Shown here: one piece after another, positions 29,662-38,102 of the stretch
Numbering within the stretch: position 1 is the stretch's first letter
Layout: every line of letters starts with the position of its first letter
NCBI GenBank assembly: GCA_045631485.1
Contig: JAZQUU010000034.1
Coordinates: 25,457-89,456 of the forward strand
DNA length: 64,000 nucleotides
Source: Clostridia bacterium
Lineage (GTDB): Bacteria > Bacillota > Clostridia > UMGS1840
Direction: 5' to 3'
Position numbers and translations under genes: made by a program
Notes under the pieces: model-generated
What the model saw: only the letters and a program-made list of their open reading frames with translations
Database searches by the model: none
Told to the model about the DNA's origin: nothing

Positions 29662-29923
29662 GGACGTTTTTTATGATATTGATAAGCGGGTGCTTCTCTT
29701 TGCGGATTACATTATCCGGCACGGCACCACGGTGCGAAAAACCGCCCGTTTTTTCGGAATATCCAAGTCCACGGTACATAAGGACGTGGCAGTCCGGCTG
29801 GAAAAGCTGGACCCCGACCGCTACGATAAAGTACGGCAGATTTTAAACCGCAACAAGGCAGAACGGCACATCCGCGGCGGTCTTGCCACCAAAGAAAAAT
29901 ATGCCAGACGGGGAGAAGAATAA
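29660..29923 (+). CDS. spoIIID: Sporulation transcriptional regulator SpoIIID
   Basis: 87 aa. ..TVRKTARFFGISKSTVHKDVAVRLEKLDPDRYDKVRQILNRNKAERHIRGGLATKEKY matches the SpoIIID HTH and C-terminal basic region. The start is TTG, 6 nt after GGAGAGGTGA. Confidence 0.85.
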   Translation: MDVFYDIDKRVLLFADYIIRHGTTVRKTARFFGISKSTVHKDVAVRLEKLDPDRYDKVRQILNRNKAERHIRGGLATKEKYARRGEE

Positions 29924-29962
29924 CATTCTCCCCTTTCTTTTTGGAAATTCGGGGAAAATGAA

Positions 29963-29991
29963 TTGACAAAAAATCACCTGTGTGATATACT
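29963..29991 (+). promoter_or_regulatory. Sigma-A-type promoter for the queT leader
   Basis: TTGACA (29963..29968), a 17-nt spacer, then TATACT (29986..29991), with a TG-rich extended -10 region. Confidence 0.65.
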
Positions 29992-30002
29992 TTCCCTTAG
30001 AA

Positions 30003-30060
30003 AGATGTTGCTCTTGCTAACCATCTTGGGAGGAATTTCCTCCAATAAAAAACAAGGGAG
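30003..30060 (+). promoter_or_regulatory. Candidate preQ1-I-like riboswitch with an inserted hairpin, controlling queT
   Basis: The RNA is AGAUG-UUGCUCUUGCUAAC-CAUCU, then the hairpin UGGGAGGAAUUUCCUCCA, then AUAAAAAACAAGGGAG. The P1, loop and A-rich tail resemble the Bacillus preQ1-I aptamer AGAGGUUCUAGCUACACCCUCUAUAAAAAACUAAGG. Loop CUUG (30013..30016) is complementary to CAAG (30053..30056), which overlaps the SD. The downstream gene is QueT. Confidence 0.5.
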
Positions 30061-30065
30061 AATTT

Positions 30066-30542
30066 ATGATGAAAAAAACGAACCTCAACGCGCTTTCGCG
30101 CGTTGCAATCACCGCCGCACTCTATGTGGCATTAACCTTAGCCATCGCACCCCTTTCCTACGGAGCCCTGCAATTTCGCATCTCCGAAGTGTTGACTTTG
30201 CTCTGCTTTTATCGGAAAGACTATTGCTTTGCTCTGATTTTGGGTTGCTTTATCAGCAATCTGTTCAGTCCCTTAGGTGCATTGGATCTGGTATTCGGCG
30301 TGGCATCCACCGTGTTTACCGTGATAGGCATCCGCTATTGCAAAAACCTCTGGATTGCCTCCTTATTCCCTGCTCTTTCCATGGTGTTTATCGCCTGGGA
30401 GCTTTTGTATCTGGGAATGCCGTTTTGGTACAGCTTTGCCACGGCAGCACTGGGGGAAATCGGTGTGGTTACCGTGATTGGCGTGCCTCTGTTTAAAGCG
30501 TTGGAGAAAAACCGCTTTTTCAGAGAAACGGTGCTTTCATAA
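30066..30542 (+). CDS. queT: QueT family queuosine-precursor transporter
   Basis: A 158-aa, 5-TM protein (..ALSRVAITAALYVALTLAIAPLSYGALQFRISEVLTLL..) typical of QueT/COG4708. Confidence 0.75.
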   Translation: MMKKTNLNALSRVAITAALYVALTLAIAPLSYGALQFRISEVLTLLCFYRKDYCFALILGCFISNLFSPLGALDLVFGVASTVFTVIGIRYCKNLWIASLFPALSMVFIAWELLYLGMPFWYSFATAALGEIGVVTVIGVPLFKALEKNRFFRETVLS

Positions 30543-30565
30543 TTACAATCATACGGAGAATTATT

Positions 30566-31105
30566 ATGTATCAAACCATCAAAGAACAAGGAAAAGCCCT
30601 GATCAAAGAATTTCTGAAAAAAACCGATGCCAGGGAAGGCTCTCTTCTGGTTATCGGTTGTTCCACATCGGAAATTTTAGGAGAACAAATCGGCACAAAT
30701 TCCGCTTACGAAGCGGCAGAAGCCTTGTTTGCGGGGATGCACGGCGTGCTAAAGAAAAAAGGAATTTTCCTTGCGGCGCAATGCTGCGAGCATTTAAACC
30801 GTGCCTTAGTGATGGAGAAAAAAGCAGCAAATAAATTGGGATACGAACCCGTTTGCGTGGTGCCGAAGCCAAAGGCAGGCGGTTCCTTTGCCACCGCTTG
30901 TTACGAGCATTTTTCCGAACCCGTGGTGGTGGAAAAAATCCGTGCGGATTTCGGTATTGATATCGGCGGAACCTTAATCGGGATGCATCTTAAGGAGGTT
31001 GCCGTTCCCCTTCGTTTAGAAAACAACATGATTGGGGAGGCTCCCGTTCTTTGTGCATATACCCGCCCCAAGCTCATCGGCGGAGCCCGTGCAGTTTACG
31101 AATAA
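30566..31105 (+). CDS. UPF0340 / TIGR01440 family protein (YwlG-like)
   Basis: 179 aa. The motifs LLVIGCSTSEI.G, AAQCCEHLNRALV and IDIGGTLIGMHLK are typical of the YwlG family. Confidence 0.7.
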   Translation: MYQTIKEQGKALIKEFLKKTDAREGSLLVIGCSTSEILGEQIGTNSAYEAAEALFAGMHGVLKKKGIFLAAQCCEHLNRALVMEKKAANKLGYEPVCVVPKPKAGGSFATACYEHFSEPVVVEKIRADFGIDIGGTLIGMHLKEVAVPLRLENNMIGEAPVLCAYTRPKLIGGARAVYE

Positions 31106-31121
31106 ATAAGGAAGTTTTGCT

Positions 31122-31586
31122 ATGAAATCTCAGAAAAAAGCCCTTCTGTTTGGGGTGCTTACCCTCCTTTGGACCGGAGTGATTTTTTCGTTTTCTCTCC
31201 AACCTGCCAAGGAATCGGCAAGTCTGTCGGGCGGTCTTTTAAAGTGCCTTCTGGATTGGTTGGATTGGCTCACGGGACTGCAAATTCCCGTCTCATTTGC
31301 TCATTTTCTGATTCGAAAAATTGCGCATTTCGGGGAATTTTTCCTCCTTGGCATCTTCTCGTTTCAGGCAAGTAAGTATCTGTGGCAAAAACGGTTTCCT
31401 GCCCTGATATACGGCATTGTGATTGCCGTGTGCGACGAGGGAATTCAGTATTTTACCGGGGGCGGAAGAGCCATGCGCGTAACCGATATGCTCTTAGACA
31501 CTTTTGGAGTTGCCGCAGCCGTTCTGCTTCTTGTATGGTTTCATCGCCTCAGCATCCGAAGAAAGTATAAACATACAGAATCTTAA
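31122..31586 (+). CDS. VanZ family membrane protein
   Basis: 154 aa and 4 TM segments, with the VanZ-like motifs IRKIAHFGEFFLLG and CDEGIQYFTGGR. Confidence 0.7.
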   Translation: MKSQKKALLFGVLTLLWTGVIFSFSLQPAKESASLSGGLLKCLLDWLDWLTGLQIPVSFAHFLIRKIAHFGEFFLLGIFSFQASKYLWQKRFPALIYGIVIAVCDEGIQYFTGGGRAMRVTDMLLDTFGVAAAVLLLVWFHRLSIRRKYKHTES

Positions 31587-31623
31587 AAAATCTGCATTAT
31601 TATGAATTATTTTAAAAACATAT

Positions 31624-31652
31624 TTGACTTTTCGCTCAATTTATGATATGAT
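31624..31652 (+). promoter_or_regulatory. Sigma-A-type promoter upstream of the MinD-like gene
   Basis: TTGACT (31624..31629), a 17-nt spacer, then TATGAT (31647..31652), preceded by a TGA extended -10. Confidence 0.55.
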
Positions 31653-31693
31653 ACCATCTGATAAGTTATAAACAAAAAGGAGGGACCGAATCC

Positions 31694-32437
31694 ATGGGCA
31701 AAATTGTTGCGGTTGCATCAGGAAAAGGCGGCGTGGGAAAAACCACCGTGTCGGCAAATCTGTCTGCAGCTCTTGCAAAGCTTGGCAAAAAAGTGCTCAT
31801 TATTGACACGGATATCGGCCTTAGAAATTTAGATATTGTGTTCGGTGTGCAGAGTGTGATTGTGTATGATGTCACCGATGTGTATGAGGGGAAAATCCCC
31901 TTAAAAGACGCTTGTTATCGCTTTGATTCATACGGAGAGCTCTATTTTCTGCCTGCTTCCCAGACCATTGAAAAGGAAGATCTGAACGAAGAAAAGTTCT
32001 ACGGGATGATAAAGGATGCCGCAAAGGAATTTGATTATATCATTTTAGATGCACCGGCAGGAATCGAAACAGGCTTCAAAAACGCTGTTTCGGCGGCAGA
32101 TATCACCATCACCGTGGTGACACCGGATTTTGCCTCCATGCGTGATGCAGACCGTGTTCTTTCGGTGGCAAACAAAGAAAACATCAGCGAAAACTATGTG
32201 ATTATCAATAAATTCAATCCCAAATTGGTGCGCAAAAAACTGATGCCCAATGTGGATGAAATTTTAAACCGCCTCGGCACTCCTTTGCTTGGTATCTGGC
32301 GGTATGAAGAAACCATGATTTCCTTTCAGAATCAAGGAAAACTCATTCTGGATGATAAGCGCAAAAAATGCGTAAAAGAAATCATCAATTCCGCAAAACG
32401 CTTAAGCGGAGAACAAATCCCCATCAAATTACGTTAA
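31694..32437 (+). CDS. MinD/ParA-family P-loop ATPase (MinD-like; no minC/minE adjacent)
   Basis: Has the deviant Walker [13 protein letters not shown], plus [13 protein letters not shown] and ILDAPAGIE motifs. Confidence 0.8.
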   Translation: MGKIVAVASGKGGVGKTTVSANLSAALAKLGKKVLIIDTDIGLRNLDIVFGVQSVIVYDVTDVYEGKIPLKDACYRFDSYGELYFLPASQTIEKEDLNEEKFYGMIKDAAKEFDYIILDAPAGIETGFKNAVSAADITITVVTPDFASMRDADRVLSVANKENISENYVIINKFNPKLVRKKLMPNVDEILNRLGTPLLGIWRYEETMISFQNQGKLILDDKRKKCVKEIINSAKRLSGEQIPIKLR

Positions 32438-32478
32438 ATCATTCAATCCAATCAACAATAGAAACGGAGGGTTCGACT

Positions 32479-32883
32479 ATGAATATCGCATTAATTGCAC
32501 ACGACCAAAAAAAGGAACTGATGGTTCAGTTTTCAATTGCATACAAATTTATTCTGCAAAAGCACAATTTGTTTGCTACCGGCACCACCGGCGGTTTGGT
32601 TGCAGATGCAACGGGACTTCAGGTTCATCGGTTTTTATCAGGTCCTCAGGGCGGTGACCAACAGATCGGTGCAAGAATTGCTTACAACGAAATTGACCTT
32701 GTGCTCTTTTTCCGTGACCCTCTGACCGCACAACCTCACGAACCCGATGTAAATGCTCTGTTCCGTCTGTGTGACGTGCACAACATCCCCCTTGCTACCA
32801 ACGTGGCAACTGCGGAAGTATTGATTCAGGGTCTGGAACGCGGAGACTTCGGCTGGCGTGACATTGTAAATCCCAAGAGATAA
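32479..32883 (+). CDS. mgsA: Methylglyoxal synthase
   Basis: [18 protein letters not shown]...[11 protein letters not shown]...[12 protein letters not shown]...[22 protein letters not shown] 32479 lies 8 nt after GGAGG. The ORF track's 32368 start is an upstream extension. Confidence 0.9.
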   Translation: MNIALIAHDQKKELMVQFSIAYKFILQKHNLFATGTTGGLVADATGLQVHRFLSGPQGGDQQIGARIAYNEIDLVLFFRDPLTAQPHEPDVNALFRLCDVHNIPLATNVATAEVLIQGLERGDFGWRDIVNPKR

Positions 32884-32885
32884 CA

Positions 32886-35051
32886 ATGTTTCCCGCCGCG
32901 TGCCTGATTGGTTGGCTATTCGGAATATTTTTATCAGGATATTTGTGCTCAAATATCCTGGTTTTTATATTATCCCCTTTTTTAGCAGTATGCTGGTTGA
33001 TTGGAGAGTTCCTCACAACCCGCATATCCCAAACAAAAATCAATTTCCGAAAAATCGGATTAAAAGCCTTGATTTTACTGCTGATTCCTATATGCTCCGC
33101 AATCAGATATCAGGGATTTGAGCAATCCCGATTTGAGAAAGCGGTTTCTCTTTGTCGGGAACATCCTGCCGTTTTAACGGGTGTGGTGTCCGGCGATGTG
33201 ACCCGTTATGAAAACACCGACTATTGCACGCTCACATTGGAGAATGGAGAAAAAGTGTCGGTAAAAATCAAAACGGAGGTTCCTATATTTCCCGGTGAAA
33301 AGGTCACTTTGCAGGAGCCCGCTCTTTCGGTGATTCATCCCGAAAACAAAAGCATCTCAAAAATTCGCCACCTGATGGGGAATAACACCTTTTTATCCGC
33401 CAAGCTTCCCTATGAACCAACCGTTACCCGTCACGGTGTGCAAAATTACTGGTTATATGGCTCCAAACTATTAAGGAATTCTGCAAAAGAGCATTTTGCC
33501 AAACAATATCCCACCGAAACCGCATCCTTTCTGACCGCATTGTTAAGCTCTGATAAATCTATGATGGAAGAAAGTATGTATCAGGAATTTTTAGACACGG
33601 GAACCGTTCACATTGTGGTGGTTTCGGGATTGCATTTCGGGTTTCTGGCAAGTGCTTTCCTGTTTGTGTTGGAGATGATTTGCCAAAGCAGAAGAAAACG
33701 ACTTGGTATCATTCTGCCTATCCTTTTTGTGTTTGCCTGGTTTACGGGCGGAACTATCCCCGTGATGCGTTCTCTTCTGATGGTGGGCATTCTGTTTTGT
33801 TATGATATTTTTTATCTAAAACCCGTAAAATCATACTTAGTGGTGTTGGCAATTGCCTGCTTGTTTACGGCGGTATCTCCCACCCTGATTTTCAATCCCT
33901 CTTTTCTGTTAACCTTTGGGGCAACCTTCGGAATCACCGCATTTTACGAACCCTTACGGGAAGCTTTTCATAAATTGCCCTTTTCGTATCTTAGAAACCA
34001 TCTAGCCATGTATCTTGCGGTGCAACCCTTTACGCTGCCCGTTGTTTTGCTGTATTTCTCACGGCTTCCCATGGGTGCCGTGATTGCCAATTTTTTAGTG
34101 GCACCTTTGGTGTCTCCCATTCTGATTTTTGCCGTTTTGGAAATGGCGATGGCAGGAATTCCTCTTTTGGGAACTCTTCTTTGCCAAATCACCAATTTTC
34201 TCACCAAATGCTTTTTGTTTCTGATTCATTTTTCTGCAAAAATCTGTCACCCGCTCAGGATATCCATGGAAGAACTCCCCTTTCTTTTGTGGATGGGATT
34301 CGGCAGTTTCCTCTTTTTTTGCAAAACAAAAAGCAAACCAAAAAGAATACTGTCGGCACTGTTTGCGGCAATGTTTCTGATCCCGGCGCTCACACATACC
34401 GTTTTCCCGTTTCCGAAAAACGAGTTAACCATTACCTTTATGGGTGCCAAAAATACCAATTCCGCAGTCATCAAAACTCCTGCCGACCGTCTGATTTTAT
34501 ATGGAACCATGCAGGATATTGCCTACGGATGCGGCTCCGCTTACGAGAAATACGACCCCGTGGCACTGATTATTTTAACAGACCTGCCAAACGAAGCGAA
34601 CACAGACACTCTGTTGCAAAAATTACCTCAGGCTCCCGTCATTTGCCCGAAAGAGTCTCCTAAATTGGCAAACATTTGCCCGAATACCGTTTGGCTGCAC
34701 GAAAATTGTTCTGCTGATGTGGACGGAATCCGCATCCGCTTGATTGCCGATTCCAAAGGATTATACGAGGCAGAATTTTCGTACAAAACCCATGTGATTT
34801 CCTTCTCTCAGAACGCAGACTATATTCTCCGCAATTCGCATAAAAATCCCGATAAAATCTGGATTGTAAACTTTCAAAGGAGCAGCCGTTCCGCCGAACA
34901 AATCGGTAAAATACCCGATGATTTTCGCATATTGTCCAAAAAAGAATGGCATCCCGATACCAAAGAATACGATAACTATTCCCTGATAAAATTCCGTGAA
35001 AACCAAATTATGTTTTACGGCACCAAGGAGCAGAATCTGTTATGGAACTAA
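32886..35051 (+). CDS. comEC: DNA internalisation competence protein ComEC/Rec2 family
   Basis: A 721-aa polytopic membrane protein with the competence-domain motif GTVHIVVVSGLHFGFL and a C-terminal metallo-beta-lactamase-like region. Confidence 0.85.
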   Translation: MFPAACLIGWLFGIFLSGYLCSNILVFILSPFLAVCWLIGEFLTTRISQTKINFRKIGLKALILLLIPICSAIRYQGFEQSRFEKAVSLCREHPAVLTGVVSGDVTRYENTDYCTLTLENGEKVSVKIKTEVPIFPGEKVTLQEPALSVIHPENKSISKIRHLMGNNTFLSAKLPYEPTVTRHGVQNYWLYGSKLLRNSAKEHFAKQYPTETASFLTALLSSDKSMMEESMYQEFLDTGTVHIVVVSGLHFGFLASAFLFVLEMICQSRRKRLGIILPILFVFAWFTGGTIPVMRSLLMVGILFCYDIFYLKPVKSYLVVLAIACLFTAVSPTLIFNPSFLLTFGATFGITAFYEPLREAFHKLPFSYLRNHLAMYLAVQPFTLPVVLLYFSRLPMGAVIANFLVAPLVSPILIFAVLEMAMAGIPLLGTLLCQITNFLTKCFLFLIHFSAKICHPLRISMEELPFLLWMGFGSFLFFCKTKSKPKRILSALFAAMFLIPALTHTVFPFPKNELTITFMGAKNTNSAVIKTPADRLILYGTMQDIAYGCGSAYEKYDPVALIILTDLPNEANTDTLLQKLPQAPVICPKESPKLANICPNTVWLHENCSADVDGIRIRLIADSKGLYEAEFSYKTHVISFSQNADYILRNSHKNPDKIWIVNFQRSSRSAEQIGKIPDDFRILSKKEWHPDTKEYDNYSLIKFRENQIMFYGTKEQNLLWN

Positions 35052-36049
35052 AAGATTTAAACCGTGCTATCACCGAAAAAAACTTCTCCAATCTCTATTT
35101 CTTTTATGGGGAAGAAGACTATTTAAAAGAATTTTACGCAAACCGAATCATCCAAAGTGTGGTGGATGACAGTTTCGCCTGCTTTAATTTGTTTCACTAT
35201 CAGGAGTTGCCCGACAAAACAGAGCTTCGAAACGCTTTGGAGCAACCGCCCGTGATGGCAGAATACAAAGTGGTTTACCTAAATCAGGTGGATTTAATGA
35301 AAGCACCTGCCGATTTTCGTGAGGCACTTACCGAACAGATGAAAAATCTTGCTCCTTTCACCATTTTAATCATCCGTGAAACTTCCGCAGACAAGCGTTC
35401 CGCCATCTTTAAAACCGCTGGCACAAGCGGTGTTTGCGTGGAATGCAATTACCCCAATCAGGCGGATATGCGTGCCTTTATCACCCGCGAATTTACCAAA
35501 CGCCAAAAGAAAATTCCTGCTTCCCTGGTGGATAAAATCATCTCCGAAGCAGAACCCAATATGTATGCCACGGTGAATTTAATCGACACCGTTTGCGCCT
35601 ATCTTCAGGACATAGACACCGTTACCGAGGCGGTGTTGAACCAATTTATGCAAAAGTCTGTGCAGGCGGTGATTTTTGATTTGTCGGAATTTTTGGTAAC
35701 AGGTCAGAAAGAAAAGGCGTACCAATTGCTCAATCAATTGAAATTAACTCCCTCCAAAACCCCCGCTCAGATGATTTTTACCTTGCTCTCCCGCCATATT
35801 TCGGGAATGTATCTGGCGAAGGTGGCTCAGGACGAACGGATTCCCAACGGGGAAATCAAGCCTCTTTTGGGCAAGAATGTGCCTGATTTTGTGATTACCA
35901 AATATCTGAGGCAGGGAAAAAATATCCCCCTCTCCAAATTAGAGCAGTTAATCCGTTTCTGTGCCGAAACCGACTACAAATTAAAAAGCGGTCAGGTGAC
36001 CGACCCCTATTTGGGAATTTACACCTTGTTTTTAAAATTCTGGTCTTAA
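35042..36049 (+). CDS. holA: DNA polymerase III delta subunit
   Basis: 335 aa. It has the typical N-terminus (..NLYFFYGEEDYLKEFY..), follows comEC with a 10-nt overlap, and this is the conserved comEC-holA synteny. Confidence 0.8.
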   Translation: MELKDLNRAITEKNFSNLYFFYGEEDYLKEFYANRIIQSVVDDSFACFNLFHYQELPDKTELRNALEQPPVMAEYKVVYLNQVDLMKAPADFREALTEQMKNLAPFTILIIRETSADKRSAIFKTAGTSGVCVECNYPNQADMRAFITREFTKRQKKIPASLVDKIISEAEPNMYATVNLIDTVCAYLQDIDTVTEAVLNQFMQKSVQAVIFDLSEFLVTGQKEKAYQLLNQLKLTPSKTPAQMIFTLLSRHISGMYLAKVAQDERIPNGEIKPLLGKNVPDFVITKYLRQGKNIPLSKLEQLIRFCAETDYKLKSGQVTDPYLGIYTLFLKFWS

Positions 36050-36087
36050 CCGATGAATGTTTCATCAAAATATCATTGATTTGCCTT

Positions 36088-36774
36088 ATGAAAAATCTGT
36101 TTCACATCTGTCCCTTTTGCGACAGTCCTGCTTTGGAAAATGACTTTTTATGTGCCAAATGCAGAAGTCTGATAACCGAATACCGAAAGACGCCGAAGTG
36201 CGTAATCTGCGGTCAGGAGAAAGGAAAACTGCCCCTCTGCGAAGAATGCGACAAACATCTTCCGCCCTTTCGGCTTGCCGTCTCCTGCTATTACTACGAC
36301 GGCATTATGAAAGACGGGCTTCTTTCGTATAAGTTGGGGCACCAATTCTATAAAGCCAAAGGATTTGCCAAGCTGATGGCAGAAACTCTGGCAAGCTATC
36401 GCATTGCGGCAGATATCATCATCCCCGTTCCCTCGGGAATTCGAAATATTCATAAAATGGGGTATAGTCCTGCATTGGAAATTGCTTTTCCTCTGAGAAA
36501 GCTGCTGAACATCCCCCTTTCCGCACGAGTGCTTTATAAAAAGCCATTTTCCCCGCGCCAATCTTCCCTCGACGGAAAGGAACGGGTGGAAAACGCCAAG
36601 CGCAGTTTTGCATCCATCAGGTGGAACAGACGAAAAGTAGAAGGCAAAGGCGTGCTTTTGGTTGACGATGTTTACACCACCGGTTCCACCGCAAAAGAAT
36701 GCAGTAAGCTTCTATTGAAAATGGGTGCCAAGGACTTGTATGTGCTGACCCTTTTGGGAAATGCCAAACGATAA
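36088..36774 (+). CDS. comFC: ComF family protein (phosphoribosyltransferase domain)
   Basis: N-terminal Cys pairs (CPFC..CAKC, CVIC..CEEC) are followed by the PRTase motif VLLVDDVYTTGSTAKE. ATG 36088 is preferred over the track's TTG at 36076. Confidence 0.8.
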   Translation: MKNLFHICPFCDSPALENDFLCAKCRSLITEYRKTPKCVICGQEKGKLPLCEECDKHLPPFRLAVSCYYYDGIMKDGLLSYKLGHQFYKAKGFAKLMAETLASYRIAADIIIPVPSGIRNIHKMGYSPALEIAFPLRKLLNIPLSARVLYKKPFSPRQSSLDGKERVENAKRSFASIRWNRRKVEGKGVLLVDDVYTTGSTAKECSKLLLKMGAKDLYVLTLLGNAKR

Positions 36775-36863
36775 TTCTTTTTGGTTTTTCAATCACTTTT
36801 TTCCAAAAAAACAAATCAAATGACCAACCAAATCAAAAAAATTACAAAAAAATGAAATTTTTC

Positions 36864-36892
36864 TTGCTTTTTTAAAAATTGTATGCTATAAT
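36864..36892 (+). promoter_or_regulatory. Sigma-A-type promoter for tRNA-Pro
   Basis: TTGCTT (36864..36869), a 17-nt spacer, then TATAAT (36887..36892). A 7-bp leader hairpin CTGTCCG-TAAA-CGGACAG (36897..36914) precedes the tRNA. Confidence 0.6.
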
Positions 36893-36919
36893 GTTTTCTG
36901 TCCGTAAACGGACAGCTTT

Positions 36920-36996
<77 letters not shown>

Positions 36997-37005
36997 AAAG
37001 AAAAT

Positions 37006-37040
37006 GGGTAACACCGCAAGGTGTTACCCGTTTTTTGTTT
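37006..37040. terminator. Bidirectional intrinsic terminator shared by tRNA-Pro (+) and the CDF transporter gene (-)
   Basis: GGGTAACACC-GCAA-GGTGTTACCC is a perfect 10-bp stem. It is followed by GTTTTTTGTTTT on the plus strand and preceded by AAAAGAAAATG, which is U-rich on the minus strand. Confidence 0.8.
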
Positions 37041-37065
37041 TCGAAAAAAAAACAAAATTTGAACC

Positions 37066-37953
37066 TTAATGATGGTGGCAACAATGCTTGTGAGCAGGCA
37101 ACATTATGCACTTTTTATTGCCGCATTCTTCTCCCGGTAATTCCAATTCCACGGTGATGTGATGAATTCCATACTCATTAAATATTTCTCGTATCTGCCT
37201 TTTTACGGCCTGAAAATCTGTATTCTCGGTCACGGCGTGCAGGGTTGCAGCAGCATGGTTTTCGTCTATGCTCCAGAGATGCAGATGATGAATTTCCAAG
37301 ATGCCGGTAAGCTTGAAAAGCTCTGTTTTTACCTCCTGCAAAGAAATTGCGGGAGGTGTTTTTTCCAGGAAAATATCAAGTGCCAGGCAAAGTTGCACGA
37401 TGGCGTGGTGCAACACAAAAATTGCCACCAATATCGACAACACGGGGTCAATCCAAAGCCAACCTGTCCACTTGATCAGAAGCGAACCCGCCAACACGGC
37501 AACCCATCCTAAAACATCCTCCATCAGATGAAGATGTACCGCTTTTTGATGCAACGAATTTTCAGGTTTTGTGAGAATTGCTCCCACTAAATTCACCACA
37601 ATACCGACAACCGCCAAAATAAACATCCCGTGATATGAAACGGGAAGCGGATTCCAAAGACGACATATCGCCTGATAAATCATCCATAATGACCCCACCG
37701 TTAACATTCCGGAAATAAAAAACGCTCCCAATACCGAATAGCGAAGATATCCGTAAGTATTCTTTTCATCGGGATTACGCTGAGATTTTTTCTCTAAATT
37801 CCGGGAAACGCCAAGACTTAATGCATCGGCAAAGTCGTGGAGGGCATCCGAAAGAATACTGATACTTCCCGTTAGAAGTCCTCCCGCCAATTCCAGTGCC
37901 GAAAAAGATAAATTTAAAAGAAATGCCAAAAAAATGCGTTTGTCTGATTTCAT
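37066..37953 (-). CDS. Cation diffusion facilitator family metal efflux transporter (CzcD/ZitB-like)
   Basis: The motif is LAGGLLTGSISILSDALHDFADALSL, with 6 TM segments and a C-terminal His/Cys-rich tail HKHCCHHH. I prefer the start MKSDKR at 37953, preceded by AGAGGAGGA. The track extends to 38001. Confidence 0.85.
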   Translation of the reverse strand: MKSDKRIFLAFLLNLSFSALELAGGLLTGSISILSDALHDFADALSLGVSRNLEKKSQRNPDEKNTYGYLRYSVLGAFFISGMLTVGSLWMIYQAICRLWNPLPVSYHGMFILAVVGIVVNLVGAILTKPENSLHQKAVHLHLMEDVLGWVAVLAGSLLIKWTGWLWIDPVLSILVAIFVLHHAIVQLCLALDIFLEKTPPAISLQEVKTELFKLTGILEIHHLHLWSIDENHAAATLHAVTENTDFQAVKRQIREIFNEYGIHHITVELELPGEECGNKKCIMLPAHKHCCHHH

Positions 37954-38005
37954 AAATCCTCCTCTTGATTTTCCATCGTTACTGTGATACAATAAATTCA
38001 ATACT

Positions 38006-38018
38006 GAACAACTTGTTC
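38006..38018. promoter_or_regulatory. Perfect 13-bp palindrome in the CDF/TetR divergent intergenic region (candidate TetR operator)
   Basis: GAACAA-C-TTGTTC lies between the divergent starts 37953 (-) and 38103 (+). Confidence 0.35.
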
Positions 38019-38102
38019 GATAATATCATATGTGATTACAATCGGAAAGACAAGAAACAATCCGAGAAAAATATCCGATACCGAACAAAACGACCAAATT
38101 GT

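Noticed and set aside
29963-30834. Alternative-frame ORFs 29963..30496 (177 aa), 30478..30834 (118 aa), 30335..30589 and 30651..30894.
   Set aside because: They overlap the well-supported queT and UPF0340 genes in other frames or on the other strand. Their composition is Arg/Ser/Cys-rich, typical of off-frame translation. The first would also start inside the promoter.
31694-32437. The orphan MinD-like ATPase as part of a novel partition or defence system.
   Set aside because: It is a single gene with its own promoter, flanked by unrelated housekeeping genes (VanZ-like, mgsA). No partner genes, centromere-like repeats or mobile context are visible.
32368-32478. Long N-terminal extensions suggested by the ORF track. 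The cases are mgsA from 32368, TetR from 37965, the kinase from 38683, efp from 49164, iorA from 62631, murB from 55626, the CDF gene from 38001 and the permease from 24137.
   Set aside because: In each case an internal ATG with a well-spaced GGAGG-type RBS reproduces the family-typical N-terminus. The extension overlaps an upstream gene, a promoter or a terminator.
37954-38102. A NiCo (czcD-type) riboswitch upstream of the CDF transporter gene.
   Set aside because: The 150-nt leader is AT-rich. It lacks the GC-rich four-way-junction helices and conserved ACAG-type junction nucleotides I associate with that class. A TetR gene with a perfect palindrome in the spacer is a simpler regulatory explanation.
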